Source: an uncultured Bacteroidaceae bacterium
GTDB taxonomy: Bacteria > Bacteroidota > Bacteroidia > Bacteroidales > Bacteroidaceae
Reading direction: 5' to 3'
DNA length: 64,000 nt
Assembly (NCBI GenBank): GCA_905234125.1
Contig: CAJOGQ010000002.1
Span: 455-64,454 of the forward strand
Under the pieces are notes generated by a model. It saw nothing but the letters and a program-made list of their open reading frames with translations. It was not told where the DNA came from and ran no database searches. Made by a program: the position numbers and the translations under genes. Shown one piece after another: positions 17,648-25,896 of the stretch (positions within the stretch are counted from its first letter, which is position 1; each line of letters starts with the position of its first letter).

Positions 17648-18220
17648 ATGTTTAGTATTAGTTCATTAGCTGTGGCATATATTAGTATCGGTGTGTTAGT
17701 TGTAGTGCTTGGCTTGTTTATTGGGCTGACGTACAACAGTTTGGTGCAGTTGCGCAACAAGGTGAAGGAAGCCTTTTCCACGATGGATGTCTATCTGAAG
17801 AAGCGTTTCGACCTCATTCCTAATCTTGTGGATGTCGTGAAAGGTTATGCCAAGCATGAGGCAGACACATTGCAGGAAGTGACCAAGATGCGTACTGCCA
17901 CCCAAAAAGGTGACTTGAACTCCACCATCGACAGCGAAATGAAGATTGGCGACGCACTCCAGTCTTTGTTGGTGGTCGTGGAGAAATATCCTGACCTGAA
18001 GGCCAACACCAACTTCTTGGATTTGCAGGAAAGGCTTTCCAAGATGGAAGAGGAGATTGCTTTCTCTCGTCGCTACTATAATGGAAGCGTGAGGCAGTAT
18101 AATGATAGTTGTCAGATGTTCCCCCTCAACCTCGTCGCTGGCTTGTTTGGGTTCAAGCCATACGCGATGTTTTCCGTTGAGCATGAAGAGGAACGCAAAG
18201 TTGTCAACGTAAACCTATAA
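17648..18220 (+). CDS. lemA: LemA family protein
   Basis: It has an N-terminal TM segment and the LemA signature YNSLVQLRNKV ... RRYYNGSVRQYN. I chose the ATG at 17648 over the GTG at 17639. Confidence 0.85.
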   Translation: MFSISSLAVAYISIGVLVVVLGLFIGLTYNSLVQLRNKVKEAFSTMDVYLKKRFDLIPNLVDVVKGYAKHEADTLQEVTKMRTATQKGDLNSTIDSEMKIGDALQSLLVVVEKYPDLKANTNFLDLQERLSKMEEEIAFSRRYYNGSVRQYNDSCQMFPLNLVAGLFGFKPYAMFSVEHEEERKVVNVNL

Positions 18221-18224
18221 TGAA

Positions 18225-20168
18225 ATGAAGAAATACAGGTTCTTATGGCTATTCGTGCTCTTTGCTGTCACGTTGGTGGCAAGAGCAGACAGAGGCGGGT
18301 TCTATTACAAGAACTTCCGCGTTACTGCCATTGTGCACCAAGACAATGTCTGGGAGGTCACAGAAACCATCGACGTGTTCTTTGAGGAACCACGTCATGG
18401 AATCTATCGTTACATTCCTATCACCTTCTCCTTGCAACATGATGTATCGCAAGACCCAGGCAACGAGCCCAAAGTGATTCAGGGGCAGGTGGTGCAGGAC
18501 TGGCATACGTTTAAGTACAGAAGCGAGGTGGAGGACATCAGCGTGGAAGGCGGTGACTTCACCACAGAAGACAGCAACAGCGAGTTTGAGGTCATCCGCA
18601 TTGGTAGTGAATGGCATGAAATCGAAGGTGACAAGCGTTACATCATTCACTACAAATATGTCTATCGCGATGACCGTCGTCCCAACTATGATTATCTCTT
18701 CCACACCATCTTGGGCACCGATTTCAACGAGCGCATCGAAAACTTCTCCTTCCGCATCGAGTTCGAGAAGCCCCTGCCTGCTGATATCAAGCAACGCTTG
18801 GAAGTGTATAGTGGCGCATACGGCAACACTATCAATGGAGTGGAAAACCTTGTTGTCAAGACTAACACGAGTGTCATCACGGGTAGGGCTACCAACATTC
18901 CTCCCAATCATGGCATCACGCTTTACGCCAAACTGCCTGAAGGCTACTACGAAGGCGAACTGTCTGTCAACTACGTGCTTCACTACATCTGCTTTGGCCT
19001 CTCCATCATGCTGATTCTGCTGATTGTCTTCTATCTGTTCAAGACGAAGTCGAAGAAGCCGGTCAAGGTGATTGAGTTCTATCCTCCTGATGGCATCAGC
19101 AGCGCTGAGGTGGGCACCATCATCGACGATAGTGTGGATCAGATTGATATGGCTTCCTTGATTCCTTGGCTTGCAGGACAGGGATATATCAGCATCGAAG
19201 AGAAGGAGAAGGGTGAGAAGCTGAAAAGGACAGAGGTGGTGCTGACAAAGCTGAAGGATCTGCCCAAGGATGCACCTCCTTATCAGAAAAAGATGATGGA
19301 ACTCCTCTTCAAGGGCAACCAGACGGCCAATCTGAGCCACATGGCGGAAAGCCCTTCCACAGTGGAGAAATTCAAATCCTCCCTGAAGGATTCATTCAAG
19401 GGCGACAGGACTCTTTCTTCTTACGAGATGCCTGTCTTCCTCTATCCGCTATTGATTCTGACCACCACGATCATGTTTGGTACAAATTCTGTGCTGGAGA
19501 CCTTCGATGTGGATGAGGGAATCTGGGCCTTCGTGATATGGTGCATTCCATTCACCGTGGGTACATTCCTGCGTTTGTTCGACAGCGACAAGGACATCTT
19601 CAGCAGTACGTGGAAAAAGGTGCTTGCCTTCGTGGTGAAGGCTTTGGTGATGGGATTGATGTGTATTATCTACATCACAACCATCCGTGAATATGGCGCT
19701 CCCATGAACAACATCATTTCGATCGTCATGTTTGTGGTGTGCTTCCTGTTGGGTGAAGCCATCGGACGCTTCAATGTCGATACGGACTATCGTGTACAGA
19801 TGGCAGGACGCCTGCTGGGTTTCAAGGAGTTCATCAAGACAGCAGAGAAGTCGCGATTGGAGGCCTTGCAGCAGGACGACCCTGAATACTTCTACAAGAT
19901 ACTGCCTTACGCGATGGTATTTGGTCTTGGCACCAAATGGGCTAAACTCTTCAAGGACATTGAGGTGAAACAACCAGAGTGGTACAAGACCATCACGCCA
20001 CTTGATGGTTACCAGTTGACTTCCCACATGACCAGTAGCCTCTATTCATCCACCAGCAATGCCATTCAGACCGTCAGCCACGATAGTTCCTCCAGCGGTG
20101 GAGACTTTGGTGGTGGAGGTGGCTTCTCTGGTGGTGGCGGAGGAGGCGGAGGAGGTGGCTCCTGGTAA
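18225..20168 (+). CDS. DUF2207-type membrane protein (usual LemA partner)
   Basis: 647-aa ORF with a signal peptide, an extracytoplasmic N-domain, several TM helices and the characteristic C-terminal tail GGGGFSGGGGGGGGGGSW. Confidence 0.75.
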   Translation: MKKYRFLWLFVLFAVTLVARADRGGFYYKNFRVTAIVHQDNVWEVTETIDVFFEEPRHGIYRYIPITFSLQHDVSQDPGNEPKVIQGQVVQDWHTFKYRSEVEDISVEGGDFTTEDSNSEFEVIRIGSEWHEIEGDKRYIIHYKYVYRDDRRPNYDYLFHTILGTDFNERIENFSFRIEFEKPLPADIKQRLEVYSGAYGNTINGVENLVVKTNTSVITGRATNIPPNHGITLYAKLPEGYYEGELSVNYVLHYICFGLSIMLILLIVFYLFKTKSKKPVKVIEFYPPDGISSAEVGTIIDDSVDQIDMASLIPWLAGQGYISIEEKEKGEKLKRTEVVLTKLKDLPKDAPPYQKKMMELLFKGNQTANLSHMAESPSTVEKFKSSLKDSFKGDRTLSSYEMPVFLYPLLILTTTIMFGTNSVLETFDVDEGIWAFVIWCIPFTVGTFLRLFDSDKDIFSSTWKKVLAFVVKALVMGLMCIIYITTIREYGAPMNNIISIVMFVVCFLLGEAIGRFNVDTDYRVQMAGRLLGFKEFIKTAEKSRLEALQQDDPEYFYKILPYAMVFGLGTKWAKLFKDIEVKQPEWYKTITPLDGYQLTSHMTSSLYSSTSNAIQTVSHDSSSSGGDFGGGGGFSGGGGGGGGGGSW

Positions 20169-20171
20169 TTT

Positions 20172-20194
20172 CTTGCCCCTTGCTCCTTGCCCCT
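20172..20194. repeat. GRGCAAG-family heptamer array (3 units, reverse orientation)
   Basis: The sequence is CTTGCCC CTTGCTC CTTGCCC CT, in the spacer between the DUF2207-type gene and coaX. Confidence 0.85.
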
Positions 20195-20212
20195 AACTAC
20201 TAAAAAAGGAAC

Positions 20213-20917
20213 ATGAAACTACTGATTGACATCGGCAACACTTCTGCCAAGCTGGCAGTGATGGATGACGGCATCTTACATTATGAACGGCGTCATGAGT
20301 CGTGGAGCGATACGTTTTCACGGCTCATGAGCCAGTATCCCATTTCCGATGTGCGTCTGTCCACGGTGGCAGGTGAAGATGCTGAACTGAACGAGGCTTT
20401 GGCACAGTTGAATGTGCCTGTCCGTTGGCTCTCTGCTGCTGTTCCTTGTCCTGTCAAGCCCATCGCCAATGTGCCTCTTGGTTTAGGAGCCGATCGATGG
20501 GCGGCTGATATAGGTGCCATCGTCCAAGACCCTGACCACACCCTGCTTGTCATCGATGCAGGCACTTGCCTCACCTACGATGTCATTGCTCGTGAGGGAG
20601 CGTACTTGGGAGGTGCCATCTCGCCTGGCGTACAACTGCGACTCAACGCCATGCATGAGCACACAGCCTTGTTGCCTCAAATCGAGGCTGAGCAGGAGGC
20701 TGTGCTGTTGGGGTACGACACACGCACCCACATGCTCTCTGCTGCTGTCAATGGCACACGTTTCGAGATAGAAGGGTACATCAGGCAGTTGTTGGGCATG
20801 TATCCAGACCTGCATGTCTTCATCACAGGAGGCAACACCTTCCAATTCTCAGAAGACATCACCTGTCCCATCACCCACGACCCCTATCTGGTCTTTCGTG
20901 GCCTTAGTGCCATCTAA
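20213..20917 (+). CDS. coaX: Type III pantothenate kinase
   Basis: 234-aa ORF with an ASKHA fold and the motifs LLIDIGNTSAK and GADRW. Confidence 0.85.
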   Translation: MKLLIDIGNTSAKLAVMDDGILHYERRHESWSDTFSRLMSQYPISDVRLSTVAGEDAELNEALAQLNVPVRWLSAAVPCPVKPIANVPLGLGADRWAADIGAIVQDPDHTLLVIDAGTCLTYDVIAREGAYLGGAISPGVQLRLNAMHEHTALLPQIEAEQEAVLLGYDTRTHMLSAAVNGTRFEIEGYIRQLLGMYPDLHVFITGGNTFQFSEDITCPITHDPYLVFRGLSAI

Positions 20918-20920
20918 CCT

Positions 20921-20942
20921 GTCAACTCTCAACTGTCAACTA
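20921..20942. repeat. AACTCTC-family heptamer array (3 units)
   Basis: The sequence is GTCAACTCTCAACTGTCAACTA. Its reverse complement supplies the TGA stop of the 20936..21361 gene. Confidence 0.8.
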
Positions 20943-21361
20943 TCCCCTCTCCTTTCCCCCACAATCATGATGACTTCGTCCTTCAACTCATCAGGCAGTT
21001 CTACTGCACGCAGTTGAAGGGAACGAACCCATCCTGCCACTTCGTCCTCTCTCATCGTGTAGAGCACTTCGCGAAATTCTTCGATTTCCTCCGACGAATA
21101 CATATCGCTTTCCTTCCCACGAAAGCGGTCAAGTTCCTCATCATTATAATATTCTATCTGTTTGCTGATAGCCGCCAACAGACTTTCCTTCTCACAGGTT
21201 TCGTGTTGGCCACAGCACTCCATGTCCTCCACCTGCTTGATGGAAGGCAATTCCGTAATCTCTCCCCTTTTCAGTTGCCCTTTCAGCTTCCGTTCACGCA
21301 TCCAGCCTGCCACGAAAGCCAAAGCACCCAAAAGGACAAGTCCAAGAATCAGATAAGACAT
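20936..21361 (-). CDS. Hypothetical single-pass membrane protein with a Cys-rich motif and an acidic C-terminal domain
   Basis: 141-aa ORF with the N-terminal TM segment YLILGLVLLGALAFVAGW and the motif MECCGQHETCEK. Its start overlaps the aroA 3' end by 13 nt. Confidence 0.55.
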   Translation of the reverse strand: MSYLILGLVLLGALAFVAGWMRERKLKGQLKRGEITELPSIKQVEDMECCGQHETCEKESLLAAISKQIEYYNDEELDRFRGKESDMYSSEEIEEFREVLYTMREDEVAGWVRSLQLRAVELPDELKDEVIMIVGERRGDS

Positions 21362-22677
21362 GGGATTTCAAAACTGATAGTTGAAAGTTGAGAGCTGGGA
21401 GTTGAGGGTTGGGGGTTGAAGGTTGGGAGGTCAAAACCAACGGCTTTCAAGTCCTTCCAATAGAAAGGATAGGATTTGGACACCACCTGAGGATTGTTGA
21501 TGATGATGCTCCCCCGTTTCAAAGCCACAGGCGCAAAAGCCATTGCCATACGATGATCCTCGTAAGTGTCGATGCACTCCTCTTGCTCCTCGCCCCCTGC
21601 TCCTTGCTCCTTCACTCCATCCCATATCAGTTCACTGTCATTCCTGTCTTCCAAACGGAATCCCAACTTGGCGAGTTCCCGTTTCAAAGCCTCTATGCGG
21701 TCTGTTTCCTTGATTTTCAGGCTCTGCAGACCTGTGAAATGGAAGGGCATACCCAGCATGCAACAAGTCACCACAAACGTCTGTGCCAAGTCGGGCATAT
21801 CCACAAAGTCCTCATCCAATCGCTCCACACATTGGCCATTCTTCCTCAACACCACATCTTCACCCCGATATTCCGTGCTCACGCCCAAGCGTTCAAACAC
21901 TTTCGCCCCACGGCTGTCGCCTTGCAGACTCTCTGCAAACAAGCCATGCAACACCACCTCAGCATCCTCATTCGGAGCCAAAGCCACCACCTCATACCAA
22001 TAGCTGGCAGCGCTCCAGTCGCTCTCCACCCGAAAATCGCAGGGCTGGTAACGAACAGGCTCCACCACGATGGTCTGTGCATCAGTCCACCCCGCCTTCG
22101 CACCAAAAATACGCATCATCGACAACGTCATATCGATGTATGGCCGGCTCACCACTTCCCCCGTCAGCTTCAGCGTCAGTCCCTTTTTCAGTCGAGGGGC
22201 AATCAGCAGCAACGCAGAGATAAATTGTGAACTGACATTGCCAGCCAGCTCCACTTCTCCACCCTCCATCTGAGGCACACCCGTGATGCGCAAAGGAGGA
22301 AACCCTTCTTTCTCCACATACTCCACCTGCGCGCCCAGCGTTCGCAGCGCCTCCACCAAGATGCCAATAGGCCTTTGCTTCATGCGTTCACTGCCCGTGA
22401 TGGTCTGCGTGCCCTCCAGCACCGCCAGCATAGCCGTCGAGAAACGCATGGCCGTGCCAGCCGCACCAATGTCAATCGTTTCAAAATTCTTCTGCATCCG
22501 CTTCGCCATCCACATCGCCATCACCTTCGTATCGTCACAGATACTCACATTCGCCAAAGTCGAATCTCCCTCAGTCAACGAACCGATAGCCAATGCCCTA
22601 TTGCTGATGCTCTTCGACGGAGGAAGATTTACTTCACCCTTGATCTCCTTGGGTGCAATCACTTTCATCTGTTCCAT
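21349..22677 (-). CDS. aroA: 3-phosphoshikimate 1-carboxyvinyltransferase (EPSP synthase)
   Basis: It has LPPSKSISNRAL near the N-terminus and the EPSP synthase fold throughout. The start was trimmed to MEQMKVIAPKE (ATG at 22677), downstream of the promoter box at 22706-22713. Confidence 0.9.
   Translation of the reverse strand: MEQMKVIAPKEIKGEVNLPPSKSISNRALAIGSLTEGDSTLANVSICDDTKVMAMWMAKRMQKNFETIDIGAAGTAMRFSTAMLAVLEGTQTITGSERMKQRPIGILVEALRTLGAQVEYVEKEGFPPLRITGVPQMEGGEVELAGNVSSQFISALLLIAPRLKKGLTLKLTGEVVSRPYIDMTLSMMRIFGAKAGWTDAQTIVVEPVRYQPCDFRVESDWSAASYWYEVVALAPNEDAEVVLHGLFAESLQGDSRGAKVFERLGVSTEYRGEDVVLRKNGQCVERLDEDFVDMPDLAQTFVVTCCMLGMPFHFTGLQSLKIKETDRIEALKRELAKLGFRLEDRNDSELIWDGVKEQGAGGEEQEECIDTYEDHRMAMAFAPVALKRGSIIINNPQVVSKSYPFYWKDLKAVGFDLPTFNPQPSTPSSQLSTISFEIPCLI
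21376..21430. repeat. Heptamer array (about 7 units, GTTGRRG / AACTCTC-related) encoding the AroA C-terminal tail
   Basis: On the plus strand the sequence is AGTTGAA AGTTGAG AGCTGGG AGTTGAG GGTTGGG GGTTGAA GGTTGGG. On the gene strand it reads DLPTFNPQPSTPSSQLSTI. Confidence 0.85.
21578..21613. repeat. GRGCAAG-family heptamer array (4 units) in frame inside aroA
   Basis: The plus strand reads CTTGCTC CTCGCCC CCTGCTC CTTGCTC (21583-21610). The gene strand encodes KEQGAGGEEQE. Confidence 0.85.
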
Positions 22678-22705
22678 ATCAATTGATTTTTGAATTAATT
22701 TTGGG

Positions 22706-22713
22706 CAAAGGTA
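22706..22713 (-). promoter_or_regulatory. -7 promoter box (TACCTTTG on the minus strand)
   Basis: It lies 29 nt upstream of the aroA ATG at 22677. Confidence 0.5.
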
Positions 22714-22767
22714 GTGAAAAACTAAACACAAAACACTAAAAACCGCTATTTTCTTGCTTTTTTTACA

Positions 22768-22775
22768 TACCTTTG
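22768..22775 (+). promoter_or_regulatory. -7 promoter box (TACCTTTG)
   Basis: It lies 30 nt upstream of the ATG at 22805 and is divergent from the aroA promoter. Confidence 0.5.
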
Positions 22776-22804
22776 CAGCGAAAAAGAAAATAAAGAAGTA
22801 TAGA

Positions 22805-23563
22805 ATGGCAAACAAGATAGAGACATTGCATTTCCGTTCGGATGCGTTCAGCACAGACTTCAAGCGAGAGTTGTCCTACGATGTCTTGGGACGAGACATC
22901 CTGAACTGTGCGGAGAATCATGCATCCAAGCGTGGGTTCGGATTCAGCGACCTGCTCAAAGTCAACCACTCGTGGGTGCTTTCGCGTCTGTCGATAGAGA
23001 TGCGTCAGATGCCGCCCATCTATAGCAATTACCACATCGACACATGGATTGAGAATGTCTATCGCATGTTCACCAACCGTAACTTCTGCATCAGGAACGA
23101 TGACGGCGAGGTGTATGGCTATGCACGGAGCATCTGGGCAATGATTGACAACACGACTCGTCAGCCCCTCGACCTCGTGTCCATCTACGGCGAGGAGTTC
23201 CAGCAGTGGCTCGGCCCAGAGATTCCCTGCGAGATGGACACCCACACCCGTCTGCGTCCGCTCACCGATGTGGAGCCTGTGATGCAGATTGAAGCCCGCT
23301 ACAGCGACCTCGACTGCAACGGCCACTTCAACAGCATCAAGTACATCTCGCACATCCTCGACCTCTTCTCGAAGGACTTCTATACCGACCACCGCATCCG
23401 CCGTGCCGAGATAGCCTATGTGGCTGAGGCCTATTATGGCGACGAACTCTCGTTCTTCCTGAAGGAGCAGGAGCCCTTGCACTATCAGGTGGAAATCCGC
23501 AAGCACTTCAGCTCCGACGGTCGTGGCGAGACCATTGCCCGTTGCCTCATGGTGTTTGAATAG
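22805..23563 (+). CDS. Acyl-ACP thioesterase
   Basis: It has a double hot-dog layout, with NHSWVLSRLSIEM in the N-half and YSDLDCNGHFNSIKY in the C-half. The start was trimmed to MANKIETL. Confidence 0.8.
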   Translation: MANKIETLHFRSDAFSTDFKRELSYDVLGRDILNCAENHASKRGFGFSDLLKVNHSWVLSRLSIEMRQMPPIYSNYHIDTWIENVYRMFTNRNFCIRNDDGEVYGYARSIWAMIDNTTRQPLDLVSIYGEEFQQWLGPEIPCEMDTHTRLRPLTDVEPVMQIEARYSDLDCNGHFNSIKYISHILDLFSKDFYTDHRIRRAEIAYVAEAYYGDELSFFLKEQEPLHYQVEIRKHFSSDGRGETIARCLMVFE

Positions 23564-23817
23564 CGAGGTCTGATGTGAGGTGTTTGCCAAGAATTCGCCA
23601 CTTGTGGCGCAGTCTTTATAGTCGTAAAACGCGACAGCACCCTCCCAAATTGGGTGAATGCCCCTACCTTTGTTTATACTTTTAACTGATGGTTAGAAGC
23701 AGTACCCTGAATCAGGGGAGTGCTTTTGCCACAGCGTGACAATTGGGATGTATACCACAAAAGTGATCAAGGTCAGAAACGGGTGACTCAGAAGCCTGAA
23801 AAAATTTCAAGGTTGAC

Positions 23818-23900
23818 GAGCCGGTACCCCTAAGGCTTTGAGCCAGTAGCTCAAAGGCGTTGAGGCTCCGGCACGATGTCGTTGAGGCTGTGGCTCGTCC
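23818..23900 (-). repeat. REP-like ~80-bp palindromic element, copy D (inverted relative to copies A-C)
   Basis: It is built from ~22-nt CCGGCTC..GCC.TTGAG units. It shares the flank GGCTCGTCCATTAAGTA with copy C, and that flank contains the dusB stop codon. Confidence 0.85.
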
Positions 23901-23901
23901 A

Positions 23902-24975
23902 TTAAGTACTTATGGTTATCTGTTTCTTAGCTTCGTCTAACAAGGTGAAGAGTTCCTCCTGTGTTTCGGCACGGAGAATCTTGATGCGAGTTTGACGGAA
24001 ATTGGGGATGCTTTTGAAGAGGGGACTGTTGGCTAAGTGACGGCGCACATGGATGATGCCTCCCAATTCCGTGCGCTTGCGTTCCTTAAGGGCATTGTCC
24101 TCACGGAGGGAATAGGCTACGCTGTTGCGCACCTGACGTTTGAGCACATCCATCTTCCAGTCGAGGGTCATGGTGTCGTCGTGATGCCCTGTATCGAGAT
24201 AGGTGCGCACATCCTTGAAGAGCCAGGGCTGTCCGAAGGTGGCACGTCCAATCATGACTGCATCAACTCCATAGCGTTCAAAGGCATCGGCAGTCTGTTC
24301 AGCCGTGCAGATGTCGCCATTTCCGATGATGGGGATGTGCATGCGTGGATTTTGTTTCACGGCACCAATGAGCGTCCAGTCAGCTGTGCCCTGATACATC
24401 TGGCTACGTGTCCTGCCATGAATGGTGAGTGCCTCAATGCCACAATCCTGAAGACGTTCGGCAAGTTCGACAATGAAAGGCTTCCCTTCTTGTACGGGCA
24501 TCCACTCGGAGGGCATGTCATATAATGTAGGCACATCCCAGCCCAATCGTGTCTTCACGGTGACAGGCATCTTGACGGCCTTGACCACTTCGCGGGTGAT
24601 GTCGAGCATGAGTTGGGGGGTGCGCAACATGCCGGCACCAGCACCTTTGCCTGCCACTTTTTTCACAGGACAGCCGAAGTTGATGTCGAGGATGTCGGGC
24701 TTCGCCTCACTCTCCACGATGCGTGCCGCCTCCACCATGCTCTCCACATCGCGTCCGTAGATTTGGATGGCAACAGGTCGTTCGCGGTCATCCACCCGAA
24801 TCTTCTCCAACGAGCGGTTGACACTGCGGATGAGGGCATCGGCGCTGACAAATTCGGAATAGACCATGCTGGCTCCGAATTCCTTGCAGAGAAGCCTAAA
24901 AGCCTGATCTGTCACGTCCTCCATGGGCGCCAACAGAACAGGCTTATCTCCAAGATTGATGTCGCGAATCCTCAC
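23902..24975 (-). CDS. dusB: tRNA-dihydrouridine synthase
   Basis: 357-aa ORF with a FMN TIM barrel and the motifs LAPMEDVTD, NFGCP and HGRT. Confidence 0.85.
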   Translation of the reverse strand: MRIRDINLGDKPVLLAPMEDVTDQAFRLLCKEFGASMVYSEFVSADALIRSVNRSLEKIRVDDRERPVAIQIYGRDVESMVEAARIVESEAKPDILDINFGCPVKKVAGKGAGAGMLRTPQLMLDITREVVKAVKMPVTVKTRLGWDVPTLYDMPSEWMPVQEGKPFIVELAERLQDCGIEALTIHGRTRSQMYQGTADWTLIGAVKQNPRMHIPIIGNGDICTAEQTADAFERYGVDAVMIGRATFGQPWLFKDVRTYLDTGHHDDTMTLDWKMDVLKRQVRNSVAYSLREDNALKERKRTELGGIIHVRRHLANSPLFKSIPNFRQTRIKILRAETQEELFTLLDEAKKQITIST

Positions 24976-25003
24976 TTTAATTGAAGTGTCAACTATCTAT
25001 TAG

Positions 25004-25162
25004 TTATGCTTCTGAAAATTCGCTCTTACCTACGCCACAAAGTGGGCACTCAAAATCGTCTGGGAGGTCTTCAAACGCTGTACCAGGCTCGATGCCTCCT
25101 TCTGGATAACCTACCTCTGGGTCGTACTCCCAACCGCAGGTGTCGCAAACATATTTCTTCAT
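25004..25162 (-). CDS. Rubredoxin
   Basis: Hand-translated as [52 protein letters not shown] (52 aa). It has two CxxCG knuckles. It is below the ORF-track cut-off and starts 3 nt after the rubrerythrin stop. Confidence 0.85.
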   Translation of the reverse strand: MKKYVCDTCGWEYDPEVGYPEGGIEPGTAFEDLPDDFECPLCGVGKSEFSEA

Positions 25163-25165
25163 ATT

Positions 25166-25729
25166 TCACTTAAAATATCTGTTGAACAATCCTTGGAAAC
25201 CAGCACCATGACGGGCTTCATCCTTTGCCATCTCATGAACGGTGTCGTGAATGGCGTCGAGGTTGAGCTTCTTGGCCACCTTCGCAATCTCCAGTTTGCC
25301 AGCACAAGCACCTTCCTCTGCCTCCATACGAGCCTTGAGATTGGTCTTTGTGTCCCAAACTACCTCGCCAAGCAGTTCTGCAAAGCGTGAAGCGTGGTCA
25401 GCCTCTTCGTAGGCATAGCGACGGAAAGCCTCTGATACCTCTGGATAGCCTTCACGATCGGCCTGACGAGCCATGGCCAGATACATTCCGACCTCTGTGC
25501 ATTCGCCAATGAAGTGGTCTTTCAAACCCTGGAGCACAAATGCACCTTCTTCGCCTTCTGGGATGGCCTTTGCCACACCTAACTCATGTTCACAAGCGAA
25601 CTTCAGTCCGTCAGTCTCTTCCTTCAGCTTGAACTTCGAGCCAGGAACCTTGCACTGAGGACACTTCTCTGGAGGGTTTTCTCCCTCATACACATAGCCA
25701 CAAACTGGGCATACCCATTTTTTTGCCAT
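25166..25729 (-). CDS. Reverse-order rubrerythrin (N-terminal rubredoxin-like domain plus C-terminal diiron four-helix bundle)
   Basis: The N-terminus carries CPVC...CPQC. It is followed by a ferritin-like domain with the ExxH motifs EEADH and DEARH. Confidence 0.85.
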   Translation of the reverse strand: MAKKWVCPVCGYVYEGENPPEKCPQCKVPGSKFKLKEETDGLKFACEHELGVAKAIPEGEEGAFVLQGLKDHFIGECTEVGMYLAMARQADREGYPEVSEAFRRYAYEEADHASRFAELLGEVVWDTKTNLKARMEAEEGACAGKLEIAKVAKKLNLDAIHDTVHEMAKDEARHGAGFQGLFNRYFK

Positions 25730-25786
25730 AATTCTGTTAGAGTTTAAAAAGTTAATTAATCAGTTAATTCGGTTTTGTAGGGTTTG

Positions 25787-25794
25787 CAAAGATA
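25787..25794 (-). promoter_or_regulatory. -7 promoter box (TATCTTTG on the minus strand)
   Basis: It lies 58 nt upstream of the rubrerythrin ATG. Confidence 0.45.
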
Positions 25795-25896
25795 GAGAAA
25801 AAGCAAACACCCTCCAAGACTTTTCCAAGAAATTTTTCTCCACTGACAAAAAAAAACGTACCAACGGGACAAAATACCCCCAATTTTTGAGTCCAC

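Noticed and set aside
20100-20165. The Gly-run at the C-terminus of the DUF2207-type protein (GGGGFSGGGGGGGGGGSW), considered as a slippage or phase-variation tract.
   Set aside because: The DNA is a mix of GGT, GGA, GGC and GGAGG codons rather than a homopolymer or perfect microsatellite. The Gly tail is also a normal feature of this family.
25848-25856. The A9 homopolymer tracts at 25848-25856 and 3636-3644, considered as phase-variable elements.
   Set aside because: Both are intergenic and not between a -7 box and a start codon in any way I could link to expression. The first is more simply the T-run of the pectinesterase transcript end.
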